DNA from: Synergistales bacterium | Lineage (GTDB): Bacteria; Synergistota; Synergistia; Synergistales; JAFGMB01 | Length of the DNA stretch: 64,000 bases | Reading direction: 5' to 3' | Assembly (NCBI GenBank): GCA_963666205.1 | Contig: OY762654.1 | Span: 2,784,001-2,848,000 of the forward strand | Part shown: positions 60,708 to 64,000 of the stretch, in pieces | How the letters are laid out: the number at the start of each line of letters is the position of its first letter | Position numbering within the stretch: position 1 is the first letter of the stretch | Translations under genes and position numbers: made by a program | Notes under the pieces: model-generated | Seen by the model: only the letters and a program-made list of their open reading frames with translations | Database searches by the model: none | What the model was told of the DNA's origin: nothing

Positions 60708-60957
60708 ACAGGCAATGAAGGGGAAGAGTAGGTGGAAAGCTCCGACAGAGAAGGGAAACCATGGCTGAAAGTTTTCCTGGGATGACTTGCACTGAATAGA
60801 GCCCTGGAGCTCGTTTTGAAAAAAGACATTTTCAGTCAAGTAGGAACGCGGGCAGTTCCCGTTATAGAACTTGAAGCGGACAATGCTTATCATTGTCAAT
60901 GTGGGTGGTACCGCGGGTTTATAGCTCGTCCCTTTTCTCTGGGGACGGGCTTTTTTG
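60708..60957 (+). ncRNA. T-box riboswitch (arginine) upstream of argG
   Basis: Stem I with AGTA, AGAGA and GCTGA motifs; T-box AATGTGGGTGGTACCGCG (60898-60915); terminator GCTCGTCCC / GGGACGGGC-T6. Confidence 0.9.
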
Positions 60958-60991
60958 AACTGACACTATTTCTCAAAGGAGTGGTTATAAA

Positions 60992-62230
60992 ATGGAGAAA
61001 AAAGGGAAAGTAGTACTTGCCTATAGTGGAGGGCTGGATACCTCTGTTGCAGTTCTATGGCTGCAGGAACAGGGATACGAAGTAATTACATTTACAGCCG
61101 ATGTGGGTCAGACTGTAGATCTTGAGGCTGTAAAAAATAAAGCTCTTAATGTCGGAGCTACAAAAGCATATGTGATGGATCTCAGGGAGGAATTTCTGCA
61201 GGACTTTATATGGCCTTCTCTTAAGGCAAATGCGATGTACCAGGGAACATATCCCCTTAATTCCGCCTTTTCAAGGCCACTTATTGCGAAAAAACTTGCT
61301 ATGATAGCTCAAAAAGAGGGGGCTGTAGCTGTTGCCCACGGATGTACTGGCAAGGGACAGGATCAGGTGCGTATAGAAGTTTGTACAAATGCACTGGATC
61401 CCAATCTCAAGGTATTAGCTCCTGTCAGGGATTGGCATTTTACCAGAGAGGCAGAAATGGAGTATGCTATTGAACATGGGATACCGGTAAAGGCAACGGC
61501 TGATTCTCCCTACAGTATAGATGAGAACATGTGGGGGCGATCCATAGAGTGTGGAGCTCTCGAGGATCCCTGGATCGAACCTCCGTCAGATGCCTTTACT
61601 TTGACAGTTGATGCCAGCAATGCACCTGATGAGGCTGAGTACCTGGAGATAGCCTTTGAAGAGGGTATTCCCATAGCTTTGAACGGAGAGCAGATGGAAG
61701 GTGTTCTTCTTGTAAAGAAGCTTAATGAAATTGGTGGGAAACACGGTGTTGGAAGAATCGATATGATAGAAGACAGACTGGTAGGCTTCAAGAGTCGCGA
61801 AGTATATGAGTGCCCTGCTGCCATTATTCTACTCGACGCCCACAAGGCGCTTGAAACCCTCACCCTTCCAAAGCAGTTAAGGAATGTAAAAAAAGATCTT
61901 GAGTGCCAGTATGCAGAACTAACGTATGTGGGTTACTGGTTTTCTCCGTTAAAGGATGCTATTGATGCCTTTGTTGAAACTACTCAGAAACATGTAACGG
62001 GTATTGTGAAAATAAAACTGTTTAAGGGAAATGCTGTTGTTGCAGGGATGAAGTCAGCACAATCAATATACGATCTGGGGCTCGCTACATATTCAGAGGG
62101 AGATGCCTTTGATCATAATGCTGCAGTCGGATTTATCAAGATCTGGGGACTTCCTATCAAGAACTGGAGGCAGAAACATCCTCAGAAAGAAGACCTGCAG
62201 GTTCCGGGGATTGAAATCCCCTGTCAGTAG
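60992..62230 (+). CDS. argG: argininosuccinate synthase
   Basis: LAYSGGLDTS, HGCTGKG.DQVR, G.KSREVYE.P. Confidence 0.97.
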   Translation: MEKKGKVVLAYSGGLDTSVAVLWLQEQGYEVITFTADVGQTVDLEAVKNKALNVGATKAYVMDLREEFLQDFIWPSLKANAMYQGTYPLNSAFSRPLIAKKLAMIAQKEGAVAVAHGCTGKGQDQVRIEVCTNALDPNLKVLAPVRDWHFTREAEMEYAIEHGIPVKATADSPYSIDENMWGRSIECGALEDPWIEPPSDAFTLTVDASNAPDEAEYLEIAFEEGIPIALNGEQMEGVLLVKKLNEIGGKHGVGRIDMIEDRLVGFKSREVYECPAAIILLDAHKALETLTLPKQLRNVKKDLECQYAELTYVGYWFSPLKDAIDAFVETTQKHVTGIVKIKLFKGNAVVAGMKSAQSIYDLGLATYSEGDAFDHNAAVGFIKIWGLPIKNWRQKHPQKEDLQVPGIEIPCQ

Positions 62231-62241
62231 GAGGTTATTGA

Positions 62242-63681
62242 ATGTGGAAAGGGCGTTTTGGCGAAGAAACTGCCGAAGTTGTTCTCCAGTTCACTCAGTC
62301 TCTTGATATCGACTGGTGTCTGGCAGTATATGATATCGCTGGAAGTATAGCCCATGCAAGGATGCTTCAAAAAATTGGCATATTGAACGAAGATGAATTG
62401 AAAATCATCGTTCAGGGCCTACTTGTTATCAAAAGAGATATTGAGACAGGGAAATTTGAACCTGCGATAGAACTTGAAGATGTTCACATGAATATTGAAA
62501 AGAGGCTCATCGATACCCTGGGTCCCGTCGGTGCAAAACTTCATACGGGAAGAAGCAGGAATGACCAGATCGCCACTACTATGCGACTGTTCCTGAGAGA
62601 CAGACTCTTAACCCTTGGTCGGAGTGTTTCCATATTGCTGGAAAGCCTCATGGACAGGGCTGAGAAACATGCACAAGTCATAATTCCTGGTTATACGCAC
62701 CTTCAACAGGCTCAACCGATAAACCTTGGCCATTACTGGATGTCCCATTTCTTTTCTTTTCGAAGAGACTGTAACAAACTGCTTTTAGCTCTTGATTCTC
62801 TTGATGAGTCACCACTGGGAACAGGAGCCCTGGCTGGCTCAACCATACCTCTGGACAGGGAATTCACAGCCAGGGAGATGGGTTTCAGCCGCATAACTGA
62901 TAATAGCCTCGATACAGTTGCAAATAGGGACTATCTTCTCGATTACCACTATTTTTCATCAGTATTTTCTCTTCATTGCAGCAGACTGGCTGAAGATCTC
63001 ATAATCTACAGCAGTCAGGAATTTGGCTGGATACTTCTGCCGGATGCTTTCTGTACGGGATCTTCCATGATGCCACAGAAAAAGAATCCAGATGTTCTTG
63101 AACTGGTCAGAGGAAAGACTGGCCAGATAATAGGTCATCTGCTGGACCTGATGATAAGCCTTAAAGGATTACCTCTCACCTATGACAGGGATCTTCAGGA
63201 AGATAAAAGAGGACTCCTTTCATCCCTCAAGACGATGGAAGGTGTCATTGGAGTTCTTGCTCCTCTGATAGCGAGGATAGAGGTTGATGAACAAAAGGCT
63301 TTGACGGGATTGAAAACTGGAATGACCCTTGCTACTGATGTTGCAGAATACCTTGTCCTCAAAGGTGTTCCTTTCAGAGACGCTCATTGGAAGGTAGGCC
63401 AACTTGTCAAATGGTGCATTCATAATGGAAAGGATCTTCAGACTTTGTCTATCAGTGAATGGAAACACTGTATACCTGATGTTGACGATGATATCCTTGG
63501 GATCATGAACCTTGATTCATCAGTTTCCAGAAGGAGAACTCCGGGAGGGACGTCCTTCTCGAATCTGGAAGTGCAGTTAATAACAGCAAGACATTATCTG
63601 GATACTTTTCGTAATGACATGAAAAAATATGAAGTATTGCTTTTCCCGGAAGACCTGGACACAGAAACGATAAGCAACTGA
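62242..63681 (+). CDS. argH: argininosuccinate lyase
   Basis: HTGRSRNDQ, PGYTHLQ.AQP, GSSMMPQKKNPD. Confidence 0.97.
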   Translation: MWKGRFGEETAEVVLQFTQSLDIDWCLAVYDIAGSIAHARMLQKIGILNEDELKIIVQGLLVIKRDIETGKFEPAIELEDVHMNIEKRLIDTLGPVGAKLHTGRSRNDQIATTMRLFLRDRLLTLGRSVSILLESLMDRAEKHAQVIIPGYTHLQQAQPINLGHYWMSHFFSFRRDCNKLLLALDSLDESPLGTGALAGSTIPLDREFTAREMGFSRITDNSLDTVANRDYLLDYHYFSSVFSLHCSRLAEDLIIYSSQEFGWILLPDAFCTGSSMMPQKKNPDVLELVRGKTGQIIGHLLDLMISLKGLPLTYDRDLQEDKRGLLSSLKTMEGVIGVLAPLIARIEVDEQKALTGLKTGMTLATDVAEYLVLKGVPFRDAHWKVGQLVKWCIHNGKDLQTLSISEWKHCIPDVDDDILGIMNLDSSVSRRRTPGGTSFSNLEVQLITARHYLDTFRNDMKKYEVLLFPEDLDTETISN

Positions 63682-63844
63682 TTTATCCCATACAGGAATG
63701 ACTTTTTTATAACAGGGAGGATGTATTTTCCAGACATCCTCCCTGTTCATGTATACTTATTAAGAGTGGTAGAATTAGTAAGAAATCTATTCATTCGCAG
63801 CATGTGCCAGTCTTTTGCCCTGTTTTCGGGAGGTGTGGTGAAGT

Positions 63845-64000
63845 ATGGAAAGAAAACCCCTTAGTGCCAGGGGAAAGGTCCTGATGGTTCTTACTCCGGT
63901 TGTTCTTGCTATATTTGTGCTTAGCGCGGTAGTGGGCAAAGAAAGGATAGCTTTTCTATTTTCCGGTTATCTCAAGTTCTTCTGGATAATTGTGCTTCTT
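63845..64000 (+). CDS. membrane protein, 3'-truncated by window edge
   Basis: SD GGAGG, ATG 63845, hydrophobic open frame to window end. Confidence 0.55.
   Translation, partial: MERKPLSARGKVLMVLTPVVLAIFVLSAVVGKERIAFLFSGYLKFFWIIVLL

Overview
Bacterial chromosome segment. A Synergistota-like anaerobic diderm is my inference from the gene set (T-box, long HPF, kdsB, many TRAP systems). Bases 1-29.3 kb are a tandem array of three integrative elements at tRNA-Arg(ACG). Element A is partial (YqaJ-RecT recombination module plus a CpG-depleted structured region) and ends at a complete tRNA-Arg (4205-4281). Element B (~9.7 kb, satellite/PICI-like: integrase, AIPR, AAA ATPase + RloB, NrS-1-type prim-pol, HTHs) ends at a second identical, complete tRNA-Arg (14006-14082). 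Element C (~15 kb: paralogous integrase, YwgA/Panacea-like + SAMHD1-like HD pair, serine resolvase, GntR, two TRAP systems, duplicated GlcG gene) ends at a degenerate tRNA 3' half (~29303-29346). Next is a TRAP-kdsB-aldolase-fucI-araB cluster that reads as a Kdo salvage and catabolism pathway. The rest is mostly core genome: glnS, a c-di-GMP-I riboswitch, tadA, 2 tRNA-Ser, SRP RNA, rpsB-tsf-pyrH-frr, hpf, hypAB, pcrA, coaE, CCA enzyme, surE and T-box-argGH. All calls are from motif recognition by eye; no database searches were run.
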